NCBI GenBank assembly: GCA_937975685.1
Contig: CALJUG010000037.1
Location: 64,963 to 128,962, forward strand
Reading direction: 5' to 3'
DNA length: 64,000 nt
From: an uncultured bacterium
GTDB lineage: Bacteria > Planctomycetota > Planctomycetia > Pirellulales > PALSA-1355
Shown here: positions 38,063-47,634 of the stretch, in pieces
Layout: each line of letters begins with the position of its first letter
Numbering within the stretch: the first letter of the stretch is position 1
Notes under the pieces: model-generated
What the model was told of the DNA's origin: nothing
Database searches by the model: none
The model's input: only the letters and a program-made list of their open reading frames with translations
Made by a program: the position numbers and the translations under genes

Positions 38063-39307
38063 TTATAGCCCCGAGACCATGTCGCGGGGGATCTCGAACC
38101 GCAACGGCTCCTGTCCGCTAAAGCCTTCCGGCGGTAGCTCGACGCGCAAGTACTCGATCGACTCGAGCGGCGGATCGAAGATCATCTCCTTGGCCACGGA
38201 TTCGCCGGGGCGTACCGCGGGCTCGGGAGTCGCCAAGGCACCGCCGCCGAATACGCGCAGAGCCGGCATCTGGGCATAGTTGTTGCCGGCGTTGTCGAAC
38301 GCTCGGGCCGTGGCCGTGGCCGATTTCAACTGCTCGCCCAACTCGCTGCCTTCGAGCAGCCCTCCGAGCTGACCACTCAGTCCGCCGCCACCGCCGATCC
38401 AGCCGGGCACCTGCACGATCTTATCCTCGGTCGTGTTCTCGATCGTCACGCGAATCTTGAGCATCGGCTGCGGCTTTCCGGCCCGCAGCGTCGACAGGTC
38501 CGTGCTTTCCAAGCGAATCTTCTGCACGCCCACGCTGTCGATCTTGGCGCGGATTGGCCCCTGATCGATCGCCTGGCTGGCGTGCGTCCACACCGGCTCG
38601 GGCGGCGGTTCGGGTTTGGGCTCGGGTTCCGGTTCGGGCTGTGGAGGCAGCTCCACCGGCGGCCCAACGGTGATCGGCGGCGCGGGCGCTGGCGTGGCCA
38701 CCGGTTGCGGCGCGGGACTCGAAAACATGCCGAAGGTCACGCCCAGGACGACGGTCAACACGAGTCCAACCACCGAACTGCTGGAGGCGGCGACATTGAC
38801 GTACAGGCCAGAACCCTTGTGCATCGCGGCCACGACCAGCCCGGCAATCCCGAGCAGCAGGCCCAGCGCGCCGACGACGATCCCGGTCCAGCCCAAGGGG
38901 TTCTTGAGAATCGGCAGCCAGAACGTGGCCAGCGCGAGAATGCCGAGGATCAGACCGACCGCGCCGATCAACTTGGCGGCGATGGAGCTTTCATTCGTTT
39001 CCGGCGGCGCGGCCTGGCTGACCGAGCCGAGTGGCTTGGCCATCAACGGGCTGGCCTGCGGGGGAGGCGTCGGAGCGGCCACCGGCGGCGCAGCCAGCGG
39101 ATCGGGCGGAGGTGCCGGAGGCGGAGTGGCTGTCTTGGCGGCGAACAAACCTTGCACGCGCGTGGCCGGCACCCACGAGCCCGACTGTCCCAACCGCACC
39201 TGGGTCGAGGGATGGATCTTCTTCTCGCCGGCCAGCTTCTTCAGTTGGGCCGACGTCAGCGGGCCATACTGCTTGTCCCCGTGTTGAATGAACCACTCGT
39301 TCGCCAT
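38063..39307 (-). CDS. Membrane protein with an N-terminal DUF4339 (GYF-like) domain, a Pro-rich linker, TM helices and a C-terminal beta-sandwich-like domain
   Basis: 'EWFIQHGDKQYGPLTSAQLKKLAGEKKIHPSTQVRLGQSGSWVPA' fits the DUF4339 pattern. Three hydrophobic helices follow, then a C-terminal region resembling DUF4352-type domains. Confidence 0.5.
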   Translation of the reverse strand: MANEWFIQHGDKQYGPLTSAQLKKLAGEKKIHPSTQVRLGQSGSWVPATRVQGLFAAKTATPPPAPPPDPLAAPPVAAPTPPPQASPLMAKPLGSVSQAAPPETNESSIAAKLIGAVGLILGILALATFWLPILKNPLGWTGIVVGALGLLLGIAGLVVAAMHKGSGLYVNVAASSSSVVGLVLTVVLGVTFGMFSSPAPQPVATPAPAPPITVGPPVELPPQPEPEPEPKPEPPPEPVWTHASQAIDQGPIRAKIDSVGVQKIRLESTDLSTLRAGKPQPMLKIRVTIENTTEDKIVQVPGWIGGGGGLSGQLGGLLEGSELGEQLKSATATARAFDNAGNNYAQMPALRVFGGGALATPEPAVRPGESVAKEMIFDPPLESIEYLRVELPPEGFSGQEPLRFEIPRDMVSGL

Positions 39308-39403
39308 CGAGAAGCGTCCGAAAGCCAGAGATCGACCGCACGCGCGCTTCCCAGTGTAGGCACCGCGACAGATGCCCGCAAATCGAGGGGCTTTGCGACT
39401 GGA

Positions 39404-40504
39404 TCACTCGCTGGGCAGCTCGACCGTGCCGCGGTTGACCGCGTCGATCAGCATCCGCAACCGGCCCAGGCTGCGGCGATTGAAGCGGAACACCAGCCGG
39501 GCGTAGGACGCCAGATCCGGCTCGTCCTTTTCCTCGGAGAGCGCGCCGCTGACGGTGAACTCGCCGCCGCTGAGGATGTCGCTGAATTCCTCGTTGATGT
39601 CGGCCAGCAGCGCTTCGCTGGGCGGTTCCTTGAGCCGCAGCACGAGCTTGTTCCGCACAAACCGCATGCTGTGGTAAATCTTGAAGAACTGCAGGATCTC
39701 GTCGACTGCCTCCTGCACGTTGTCGGTCAGCTTGTACAGCGCCAAGTCGTCGGGCGAAATCATGCGGTCGCCCAGCAGGCGCTTTTCGACATACTGCTGA
39801 AAGTCCTGCCAGAACGCGCCGCCGGGGGCGTCGAGAAACACGACCGGCACCATGTCGCGCTTGCCGGTCTGTAGCAGCGTCAGCACTTCGAGCCCTTCGT
39901 CGAGCGTGCCGAATCCGCCGGGCAGCAGGCACACCGCGTCGCACTCTTTGACGAACATCAGCTTGCGCGTAAAGAAGTACTTCATGTGCACCAGCTTCGT
40001 GTCGCCGGCGATCACGGGATTGGCGTACTGCTCGAAGGGGAGCATGATGTTGAGCCCCATCGAGTTCTCGCGGCCCGCGCCGACGTGGCCGGCTTCCATG
40101 ATGCCGCTGGCGGCGCCGGTGACGACGAGCCACTCCTGCTCGGCCATCGCCCGGCCGAATTCCACGGCCTGCTGATAGGTCGCTTCGTCGGGGCGCGTGC
40201 GGGCCGAGCCGAAGACCGTCACCTTGCGCTGCGCACGGTAGGGCGTGAACACCTTGAAGGCATACCGCAGCTCGCGCAGGGCACGGCTCAGAATCTTCAA
40301 GTCGCCCCGCGACGTCTGATCCACGGCCAGCTTGTCGGCCGATTCCTTGATCTGCTCGATCAAATCGACGATCCGCGAGCGATCCGGGCCGTCGAGTTGT
40401 CCGTTGGCATCCGACAGCGCCCGTTCGAGATTCGACTCGAGATTCGTCAGCGCCGATTCGTCAGACGGCTCGTTAGGTGACTTGTCCGGTTCTCGTTTGG
40501 TCAC
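39404..40504 (-). CDS. LOG-family (TIGR00730 Rossmann-fold) nucleotide-binding protein with N- and C-terminal extensions
   Basis: '[13 protein letters not shown]', '[18 protein letters not shown]' and '[22 protein letters not shown]' contain the PGGxGTxxE motif. Confidence 0.75.
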   Translation of the reverse strand: MTKREPDKSPNEPSDESALTNLESNLERALSDANGQLDGPDRSRIVDLIEQIKESADKLAVDQTSRGDLKILSRALRELRYAFKVFTPYRAQRKVTVFGSARTRPDEATYQQAVEFGRAMAEQEWLVVTGAASGIMEAGHVGAGRENSMGLNIMLPFEQYANPVIAGDTKLVHMKYFFTRKLMFVKECDAVCLLPGGFGTLDEGLEVLTLLQTGKRDMVPVVFLDAPGGAFWQDFQQYVEKRLLGDRMISPDDLALYKLTDNVQEAVDEILQFFKIYHSMRFVRNKLVLRLKEPPSEALLADINEEFSDILSGGEFTVSGALSEEKDEPDLASYARLVFRFNRRSLGRLRMLIDAVNRGTVELPSE

Positions 40505-40680
40505 GAGACAGCCTCGCGGTGCCAGCGGAAAGCCAGTCGGGAAGAATGCCCGGCTGGGATTGGTACGTCGTTTTCCGCATTATACTCAGGGGCACGACTC
40601 GGCCGTAAGCGCAACTGGGGCGTCGCGGGCCGCGTTCAGCGGCTGCTGGCCGGGTTTGGGGACGCGGGTGGCGCAAAAAA

Positions 40681-40728
40681 GGCGGCCTGTCGCGCTCGAT
40701 GGGGACAGGCCGCCTTTCGTGGGTTGAA
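40681..40728 (-). terminator. Rho-independent terminator downstream of the small ORF 40756..41001
   Basis: A perfect 14-bp stem (AAAGGCGGCCTGTC / GACAGGCCGCCTTT) with a 13-nt loop, followed on the minus strand by TTTTTTGCGCC. Confidence 0.5.
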
Positions 40729-40755
40729 GTGAATCCCCCGGAGCCTCAGCCGCAC

Positions 40756-41001
40756 TCACGCCGAAGGGCGGCGGTAGTGCTGGTAGGCAAGAATCACTTC
40801 GTACAGATCGGTCGAGATCGCAATCGGCTCGTCTTCGAAGTCCCGCAACCACGTGCGTTCGTTACGCACGGCATCGGCCAACAGCGGCAAGACCTCGCCC
40901 AGCGGCACGCGGACTTCGTCGCGCGACTGCTTCATCTCATCGATGGTCGCACAGGCATCGCTTTGGGGGCCGTAGTACACACGCAAGTGGTTTCGAGCCA
41001 T
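40756..41001 (-). CDS. Small hypothetical protein (81 aa)
   Basis: Coding-like composition, and its own strong terminator lies immediately downstream. No homolog was recognised. Confidence 0.35.
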   Translation of the reverse strand: MARNHLRVYYGPQSDACATIDEMKQSRDEVRVPLGEVLPLLADAVRNERTWLRDFEDEPIAISTDLYEVILAYQHYRRPSA

Positions 41002-41293
41002 ATTGACGTTTCCTTACGTCTAGGGGCCTCGTAACAAGCGCCGGGTCGAGCACTCCCTTCATGGAGGCTCATTTCCTGGGCTGCCGCATGCACGTCATGC
41101 TATCTACGCCCGCCCTTGTGCATCACCTATCGGCAAATGGAGTGCTAGGGGTTTGATCTAATTGTCCGAGGATGCCGTTTTTTCTCAGCGGCACAGCCGG
41201 CAGCGGTCGAGTCTTTCGCAAGGGTCGCTCGCGCAGTGCGGGTTTGATGGGTAGATTGGATAAAGACCACGGCTTGACGAGGCCCCAGAATCC

Positions 41294-41322
41294 TTGACAA
41301 TGACCTCCCCACGCGCTAGATT
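41294..41322 (+). promoter_or_regulatory. Sigma-70-type promoter (TTGACA-17 nt-TAGATT) for tex
   Basis: 'ccTTGACAatgacctccccacgcgcTAGATTgcc' lies about 70 nt upstream of the tex ATG. Confidence 0.45.
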
Positions 41323-41394
41323 GCCCGGTTGGCAAGTCAAGCCCGGTCAAATATTTGCGTCAAACCTTCAGCCGAAGCGACGCTCCAATCTTGC

Positions 41395-43956
41395 ATGGCT
41401 AGCAACACGATTGCCATCGACTTGCGTCCGGTGGCCCAGGCGCTCGGACTCTCGCTGCGCCAAGTCGAAAGCGTCGTCGAGCTGCTCGATGCTGGCAACA
41501 CGGTCCCCTTCATCACGCGTTATCGGAAGGACCAGACCGGGGGCCTCGACGAGGAGCAGATCCGCCAGGTCGAGTCGCGGCTGATCAGGATGCGCCTGCT
41601 GGCCGAGCGCAAGCAGACGATCCTCCGCTCCATCGAGTCGCAGGGAAAGCTGACCCCCGAGCTGTCGGCCGAAATCGAAGCCGCCACCAGCACCAAGCGG
41701 CTCGAGGACCTGTACCTGCCGTTTAAGCCCAAGAAGCAGACGCTGGCCACCGTGGCCCGCGAGCGCGGGCTGGACCCCTTGGCCGAGGAAGTGCTGCACG
41801 CGGCGCCAGAGTGTGCTGATCTCGACGCCCGCGCCGCCGACTTCATCAATCCCGACAAGGGGGTCTCGAGCGCCGCCGACGCTCTGCTGGGCGTGGGCCA
41901 CATCCTGGCCGAGCACATCAGCGAACGGGCCGACTTGCGGCAGAAGCTCCGCCAGATTCTCAAGCGCAGCGGCCGGCTGGTCAGCACGCGCGGCGAGGGC
42001 GACGAGAAAGTGGCCCAGGGCTTCCGCGACTACTTCGAATTCAGCGACACCATCGAGCGCGTGCCCGAGCATCGCGTGCTGGCCATCAACCGCGGTGAAA
42101 AGGCCAAGGCGCTGCGCGTGAAGGTCGAGGCCGACATCGAGGCCATGCAGGCGGCTGTCGACGAGATGGTTTGCGACGCCGAGCATCCGCATGCCGAGTT
42201 CCTGCGCGGTTGCGGCCGCGACGCGCTGCAGCGGCTCGTGTTTCCGAGCCTCGAGCGCGAAGTGCGCCGCGAACTGACCGACTGGGCCGAAGCGCACGCC
42301 GTGGAAGTGTTTGCCCGCAACCTGCGCAATCTGCTGCTGCAAAAGCCGGTGCGCGGGCGCCGCGTGCTGGCGATCGACCCCGGCTTCAAGAGCGGCTGCA
42401 AGTTGGCCGTGCTTGACCAGTTCGGCAAGCTGCTCGATCACGCCGTGATCCACCTAGTGGGCAAGCCCGAGCGCAAGCAACAGGGCCGCGAAAAGCTGGT
42501 TGAGATGGTCAAGAACCACGAGGTGGGGCTCGTGGCCATCGGCAACGGCACGGCCTGCCGCGAGAGCGAGGAGTTGATCTCCGAGCTGCTGGCCGGCGAG
42601 CTGGCCGAACAGGGCGTGGCCTACGTGATCGTCAACGAGGCCGGCGCCAGCGTCTATTCGACCAGCCCCCTGGGTCGCGAAGAGTTTCCCGATTTCGATG
42701 CCACGTTGCGGGGTGCGATCTCGATCGGCCGCCGCTTGCAGGATCCCTTGAGCGAGCTGGTGAAGATCGATCCGGCCAGCATCGGCGTGGGCATGTACCA
42801 GCACGATGTGAAGGCCAAGCATCTGCGCGCATCGCTCGACGCGGTGGTCGAGTCGTGCGTCAATTACGTCGGCGTGGATCTGAACACGGCCAGTCCGGCG
42901 CTGTTGCGATACGTGTCGGGATTGAATCAATTGACGGCGCGGCGGCTGTACGACTTTCGCGCGCAGCACGGTCCGTTCAAGAGCCGCGAACAACTCAAAG
43001 ACGTGCCGGGGTTCGGCGAATCGGCATTCGTGCAGTCGGCCGGCTTCCTGAAGATCGGCGGCGGCGACAATCCGCTCGACGCCACCTGGATTCATCCGGA
43101 AAGCTACGACCTGGCTGCCCAGGTGCTCGAAAAGATGGAATGCACCGTCGGCGACCTGGCCGATAAGGAAGCCGCCGCCCGCACGGCCGAGCGGGCCAGC
43201 CAGATGACGCTCGACACGCTATCGGCACAGTTCGACGCCGGGGCCATGCTGCTGCGCGACATTCTCGCGCAGTTGACCCGGCCCGGCCGCGACCCGCGCG
43301 AGGACTTGCCCACGCCGATCTTCAAGAAGGGCGTGATCAAGCTCGACGATCTTACCCCGGGCATGGAATTGCTGGGCACCGTGCTCAACGTCGTCGACTT
43401 TGGAGCGTTCGTCGATATCGGCTTGCACGACACGGGCCTGGTACACATCAGCCAGTTGGCCAACAAGTACGTCCGCGACCCGCACGAGGTGGTGTCGGTG
43501 GGCGACATCGTTAAGGTCTGGGTACACGAGATCGATAAGTCGCGGCGGCGGGTCTCGCTGACGATGATCCCGCCGGGCACCGAGAAAGCACCCCCCAAGC
43601 ACGCCCGTAAGAAAGGCGAGGGCAAGCGCGGCAAGCCGCGCCGCGGCGGCGACGCTCCTGCTGAAGGTGCTCCGCCGGCCGCAGCCGGGCAGTCGACCAC
43701 CGAGCGAACTCCCGGCCCGCCGCAGAGCCGCCAAAAGGGCCGCCGCGGCGGCAAGCCTCCGCGCCGGGACCACGCGCCGAGCTCGGGCAAGCCCAAGTTT
43801 CAGCGCCGCGGTTCGAAACCGAAGCCGATGGTGCCGCTGACCAACGAGATGAAAGCGGGCAAGGAGCCGTTGCGCACCTTCGGCGATCTGAAACAATTCT
43901 TCGACCTTAAGACCAAAGAAGAAGACACCGCGGAGAAGACCGACTCCGGCGAGTGA
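41395..43956 (+). CDS. tex: Transcription accessory protein Tex (YqgF/HhH/S1 domains) with a basic C-terminal tail
   Basis: N-terminal 'LDAGNTVPFITRYRKD' is Tex-specific, the YqgF-like region reads 'RVLAIDPGFKSGCKLAVLD', and HhH regions and the S1 domain 'GMELLGTVLNVVDFGAFVDIGLHDTGLVHISQLANKYVRDPHEVVSVGDIVKVWV' follow. The start was moved to ATG (MASNTIAIDL). Confidence 0.9.
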   Translation: MASNTIAIDLRPVAQALGLSLRQVESVVELLDAGNTVPFITRYRKDQTGGLDEEQIRQVESRLIRMRLLAERKQTILRSIESQGKLTPELSAEIEAATSTKRLEDLYLPFKPKKQTLATVARERGLDPLAEEVLHAAPECADLDARAADFINPDKGVSSAADALLGVGHILAEHISERADLRQKLRQILKRSGRLVSTRGEGDEKVAQGFRDYFEFSDTIERVPEHRVLAINRGEKAKALRVKVEADIEAMQAAVDEMVCDAEHPHAEFLRGCGRDALQRLVFPSLEREVRRELTDWAEAHAVEVFARNLRNLLLQKPVRGRRVLAIDPGFKSGCKLAVLDQFGKLLDHAVIHLVGKPERKQQGREKLVEMVKNHEVGLVAIGNGTACRESEELISELLAGELAEQGVAYVIVNEAGASVYSTSPLGREEFPDFDATLRGAISIGRRLQDPLSELVKIDPASIGVGMYQHDVKAKHLRASLDAVVESCVNYVGVDLNTASPALLRYVSGLNQLTARRLYDFRAQHGPFKSREQLKDVPGFGESAFVQSAGFLKIGGGDNPLDATWIHPESYDLAAQVLEKMECTVGDLADKEAAARTAERASQMTLDTLSAQFDAGAMLLRDILAQLTRPGRDPREDLPTPIFKKGVIKLDDLTPGMELLGTVLNVVDFGAFVDIGLHDTGLVHISQLANKYVRDPHEVVSVGDIVKVWVHEIDKSRRRVSLTMIPPGTEKAPPKHARKKGEGKRGKPRRGGDAPAEGAPPAAAGQSTTERTPGPPQSRQKGRRGGKPPRRDHAPSSGKPKFQRRGSKPKPMVPLTNEMKAGKEPLRTFGDLKQFFDLKTKEEDTAEKTDSGE

Positions 43957-44011
43957 TTCGCCCCCGGACGGTCGAGGCCGGTTCGCCGCGAAAGCTTCGC
44001 TTTCGAACGAC

Positions 44012-44494
44012 ATGGATTTCAAAGAACGACTCGAACGGGCGATCCAGCGCGGCCAACGATCCAGCGACGCGGCGGCCCGGGCCCAAGCCGAACAGGCCGT
44101 CAACGAAGAGGAGCTGCGGCGTCTGCATTCGCAGTATCGCCTCGAGCTCTCCGATCACATCGAGGAAGGCGTCCGCGAACTGGGGCGGCACTTCCCCGGC
44201 TTTCGCTACGAGTCGCTTTCCGGCGACAAGGGTTGGGGCGCGAGCATTAGCCGCGACGATCTGTCGCTCAACCGCGGCCGGCGCGACAGCTTGTTCAGCC
44301 GGCTGGAAGTGGCGGTGCGCCCGTTCAGCTCGTCGCACGTGCTGGAAATGACGGCCAAGGGCACGATCCGCAACAAGGAACTCTTCAACCGCAGCCAGTA
44401 CCAGGTGCTGGCCGACGTCGACATGCACGCCTTCACCGAGCAAGTCGACCGCTGGCTGCTCGAATACGCCGAGTTGTACGCCGCCAAGAGTTAG
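44012..44494 (+). CDS. Hypothetical protein
   Basis: A 160-aa ORF with protein-like composition immediately downstream of tex. No domain was recognised. Confidence 0.35.
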   Translation: MDFKERLERAIQRGQRSSDAAARAQAEQAVNEEELRRLHSQYRLELSDHIEEGVRELGRHFPGFRYESLSGDKGWGASISRDDLSLNRGRRDSLFSRLEVAVRPFSSSHVLEMTAKGTIRNKELFNRSQYQVLADVDMHAFTEQVDRWLLEYAELYAAKS

Positions 44495-44504
44495 ACCTTC
44501 TCGG

Positions 44505-45284
44505 CTACACGTCGGCGGGTTGCAGGGCCAGTTGCTCGAGGGCTCGCAGGCTGGCGACCATGTCGTCGCGAGAGATCTCGTGCCAGCCGGCCATCTTGTG
44601 CCGCAGGATGCACAGCTTGTAGGCCTCGAAGGCGTCGTTCACGTCGGCCGGCAAGGGCGGCAGCGCGGCGAACGGCCGTACCACTTCCTGCTCTTCCCGC
44701 GCCGGGGAAGGCATCTCCGGCTCGGGCGCATCGCTCTGGTCGTCGCTCGCCTCCGGCTCCTCCGCCTCGGCCGCACCCTCGGGCGCCTGGACCACGCCGA
44801 TGGTGCCGGTCGTGACTTCGCCCGAGGCTTCGGGCGGCTCGGCATCGTCGTCCCAGGGGCCGCCAGCGACGGCCTCGTCCTGCGAGGGCTCTTCTTCGGC
44901 CAGGGCGCCGTGGGTTTCCCACCGCTTGTGCCGCATCTCGGAGATCGACCAGTCGTTCTGCACGGCCCCTTCGAGCCACATCTCGGCGTCGTCCCAGTCG
45001 AGGCCGGCCTGAAAGTGGCTCCAGTACAAGCCGGGATAGTCCTCGCGGGCCGAGCCGAAGCGTTCGAACACGCGTCGCAGGCGGCCGACGTGCTGCGGGG
45101 TGACGTTGCCCACGCGACGGCTCCAGGCGTCGTCGGAGTATTCGGCGACGGGAGCCTCGGCATCGATGAGCGACTGTCGCCACTGGTGAATGATCTGGCC
45201 CTTTTCCCAGTTGGTGGTGCTAACCAGCCGCTTCCAGCGGCCGAGAAACTGCGAACTTGCGTGTTCGATGAGCGCGGAATCCAT
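44505..45284 (-). CDS. Acidic (Asp/Glu/Pro/Ala-rich) hypothetical protein with a conserved Trp-rich N-terminal region
   Basis: The start was moved to ATG (MDSALIEHASSQFLGRWKRLV). 'WSHFQAGLDWDDAEMWLEGAVQNDWSISEM' is followed by an acidic low-complexity stretch. Confidence 0.4.
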   Translation of the reverse strand: MDSALIEHASSQFLGRWKRLVSTTNWEKGQIIHQWRQSLIDAEAPVAEYSDDAWSRRVGNVTPQHVGRLRRVFERFGSAREDYPGLYWSHFQAGLDWDDAEMWLEGAVQNDWSISEMRHKRWETHGALAEEEPSQDEAVAGGPWDDDAEPPEASGEVTTGTIGVVQAPEGAAEAEEPEASDDQSDAPEPEMPSPAREEQEVVRPFAALPPLPADVNDAFEAYKLCILRHKMAGWHEISRDDMVASLRALEQLALQPADV

Positions 45285-45558
45285 GCGTGTGGGGTACTTC
45301 CTGGAAGCAGGAGAATGGATGCTAGAAGCCGAAGCGCGGCGGAGAAGCCCAACCGCGGCGAGCGATTCTAGCAGAACGAACCGACGCGCAAAGCGACCGC
45401 CGCGCGGGGCCACGCAACTCCGTCGCGCGCCGCAAGCGCAACCGTGCTACGTGGCTATGCTTTCGCTTCGCGCGGCGTTGTCCCGATGTGGGGAAAACGT
45501 GTCGATGGGCTGTCGATAGATTGCGGCGCGCGAATCGACCGCGGCGCAAGCTGATCGC

Positions 45559-45777
45559 TTAGGCGGTCGGCGTCGGGGCCGCTTCTGCCGCTTCGAATCC
45601 GCAGCTCTTGTGCGTGCCGTCGCAAAACGGTTTGTTCGACGATTGGCCGCAGCGGCACAGCGCGATCGCCGGCTTGTCGGGATTGATGGGAAACGCGTTG
45701 CCCTCGGCATCCACGATCGTGACGGGTCCCTCTACCAGAAAAGGACCGTTGGGCCGCGTGCGAATCGTAACAGACAT
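45559..45777 (-). CDS. CDGSH-type iron-sulfur domain protein
   Basis: 'CRCGQSSNKPFCDGTH' is the CDGSH signature. The start was moved to ATG (MSVTIRTRPNGPFLVEGPV). Confidence 0.7.
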   Translation of the reverse strand: MSVTIRTRPNGPFLVEGPVTIVDAEGNAFPINPDKPAIALCRCGQSSNKPFCDGTHKSCGFEAAEAAPTPTA

Positions 45778-45936
45778 AATCTCTTGGCTCCCTGCGTTGA
45801 CTGGCGAAAGCGTGTCGACGAGCAGCGGTTGCGCCGTAGAAACGGATTCTACCGCGAGCCTGCACGATGCGACAGGGCGCACGAGGTGCAGCGCGATCGG
45901 CGGACTGACGTCTGCGGATACTTGCGTAGTAGACGG

Positions 45937-46785
45937 CTATCGCGCGTCGGCCACTTGTGGGGCGTCAAAGTCGAGCGACACCGTTTGGGTTTCGCCGGCT
46001 TCGAGCGTCACGCGCTGCTGGCGCACTTCCTCGTGGCCGTCGCGGTTGACCACGGCGCGAACCGTGTAGCTGGCCCACTGCTCACCCGGCGCAAGCTGCG
46101 TGGTGGTGAACTCGCGCACTTCGCCGCCGCCGCTGGTTGCCCGACCTGCCAGGTACAGCTTGGCGTCCTGCGGCAGATGGACGACCAGCGTCGTTGCGGT
46201 CTTGGCCGGCGCGGCCGTCTGCACAGGCGCTGCGGCGCGCAGATCGAGCGAGGCGGTCTGGCCCGCGGTGAGCGTCACGGTCTTTTCCTCGACGACCGGC
46301 TGGCCATCGCGCTCGAATTCGGCCCGTACGCGAAAAGCATAGCGGGAGTCGGAGCGGAGGTCGTGCGAAACGTATTCGCGCTGCCCGCCGGTGCTGGTGG
46401 TGGGTCGGTCGTTGATGAACACCGTGGCATCGTCCGGCACGCTGACGTTCAATCGCACGCTGTCACGGTTTGCCCGAGCGGCCAGCAGTTGCGAGCGGGC
46501 GGCCGACGTGTTCGTCGACACTAGCGGCGGATAGACGCGGACTGCCCTGCCGTAGTAACCCCAGCCGTATGCCGGATAGCCGTAGCCCCAACCCGCATAG
46601 ACGGGGAATCGATACCCCCAGCCGCCGTAACCCCAGCCGCCGTAGCCACAGCCAACATAGCCCGGATAGCCGCAGCCCCAACCGCATCCCCAGCCCCAGC
46701 GTCGGTGGCCAAACGCCTCTGCATCCTGCGCGATCATTCCCGACAGCGCCGCCGCAACCAGAACTTTCAGTGCCGTTCGCCACAT
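45937..46785 (-). CDS. Secreted protein with a Gly/Trp/Tyr-rich low-complexity N-terminal region and two TIGR03000-like domains
   Basis: Signal peptide, then 'GWGCGWGCGYPGYVGCGYGGWGYGGWGYRFPVYAGWGYGYPAYGWGYY'. Two beta-rich repeats follow ('ATVFINDRPTTSTGGQREYVSHDL...YAFRVRAEFERDGQPVVEEKTVTLTAGQTASLD' and 'TLVVHLPQDAKLYLAGRAT...YTVRAVVNRDGHEEVRQQRVTLEAGETQTVSLDF'). They match the Planctomycete TIGR03000 pattern. Confidence 0.65.
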   Translation of the reverse strand: MWRTALKVLVAAALSGMIAQDAEAFGHRRWGWGCGWGCGYPGYVGCGYGGWGYGGWGYRFPVYAGWGYGYPAYGWGYYGRAVRVYPPLVSTNTSAARSQLLAARANRDSVRLNVSVPDDATVFINDRPTTSTGGQREYVSHDLRSDSRYAFRVRAEFERDGQPVVEEKTVTLTAGQTASLDLRAAAPVQTAAPAKTATTLVVHLPQDAKLYLAGRATSGGGEVREFTTTQLAPGEQWASYTVRAVVNRDGHEEVRQQRVTLEAGETQTVSLDFDAPQVADAR

Positions 46786-46985
46786 GATTTCAACTCCTCG
46801 ATGCTGGGATCGACTTTGCCGGCAAACGCATTGGAACAAGCGCCGGCGTCTTGTCAACATAGCAAGGCAGGCTGAAAATACAAACCGCCGCGAGGGATGA
46901 ACAGCCAGGCAAAGCGATGTGACTAGAAGGCGACGGCCGATGGAGTCGCACCCATCTGGGAGAAATACCCCGCGTTAAGAACTCT

Positions 46986-47315
46986 CTATGTCGCCACGTC
47001 TTCTTCGCCCAAAGCCTCTTGGGCGAGATGGCGGATTCGCAAGACAAGCACGGCCCCTGCTCGAACGACAAAAACCGCTCGATGTGTCGGCGTTTTACCC
47101 AGGCCATAGTTGAGCTGCCGAATCTCGTACGGAAACAAAAAGCTTTCCGCGGCGAGTGGATGGCGATCGGGCCCCTGTGCTGCCAAACGGAGTGCCTGCA
47201 AGAAGCCCTCGTACCACCGATATGCTTGTTCCGGTGATCGATTGTCGGACCACCAAGTGTAGGCTTGATTCAGGTCGGCCTCCGCCCGGCGGGTGAGCAC
47301 TAACCGGTGGCGCAT
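46986..47315 (-). CDS. parE: ParE/RelE-family type II toxin
   Basis: About 100 aa, with 'RAEADLNQAYTWW' and a C-terminal 'RAVFVVRAGAVLVLRIRH', typical of ParE. It overlaps the upstream antitoxin gene by about 1 nt. Confidence 0.7.
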   Translation of the reverse strand: MRHRLVLTRRAEADLNQAYTWWSDNRSPEQAYRWYEGFLQALRLAAQGPDRHPLAAESFLFPYEIRQLNYGLGKTPTHRAVFVVRAGAVLVLRIRHLAQEALGEEDVAT

Positions 47316-47548
47316 CAGCTCTTCGGTAGATTGTGCTTCTGGCGCAATTTAGCGTCAATTTCGCTCAACTCCCGCACGCGGCCAGCCTCCATGTCGGCGA
47401 CGCCCTCGGCGATTGCAGCCGTTTCAGCAGTGCGCCACTTCAAAGCCTGAAGCGCTTCGCGCAAGACTTCGTCTTCGGAAGCGAACTGCCCGGTCGACAA
47501 TTGCTCACTGACGAGTCGCGCTACATCAGGTGGAAACGAATAAGTCAT
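47315..47548 (-). CDS. parD: ParD/RHH-type antitoxin
   Basis: A 77-aa protein 'MTYSFPPDVARLVSEQLSTGQFASEDEVLREALQALKWRT...' with an RHH-like N-terminus, placed immediately upstream of parE. Confidence 0.6.
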   Translation of the reverse strand: MTYSFPPDVARLVSEQLSTGQFASEDEVLREALQALKWRTAETAAIAEGVADMEAGRVRELSEIDAKLRQKHNLPKS

Positions 47549-47634
47549 CGTAGGGGGCTCTCCTTTGATCGATCTTCCCGTGCGATGGGAGTTGTCTACC
47601 GATTGATTCTCCCCGCCCACGCTGCCGCGCGCCG

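Noticed and set aside
45585-45605. 'GCTTCGAATCCGC', a tRNA T-loop-like motif.
   Set aside because: It lies inside the well-supported CDGSH CDS, and no acceptor or anticodon arms can be built around it.
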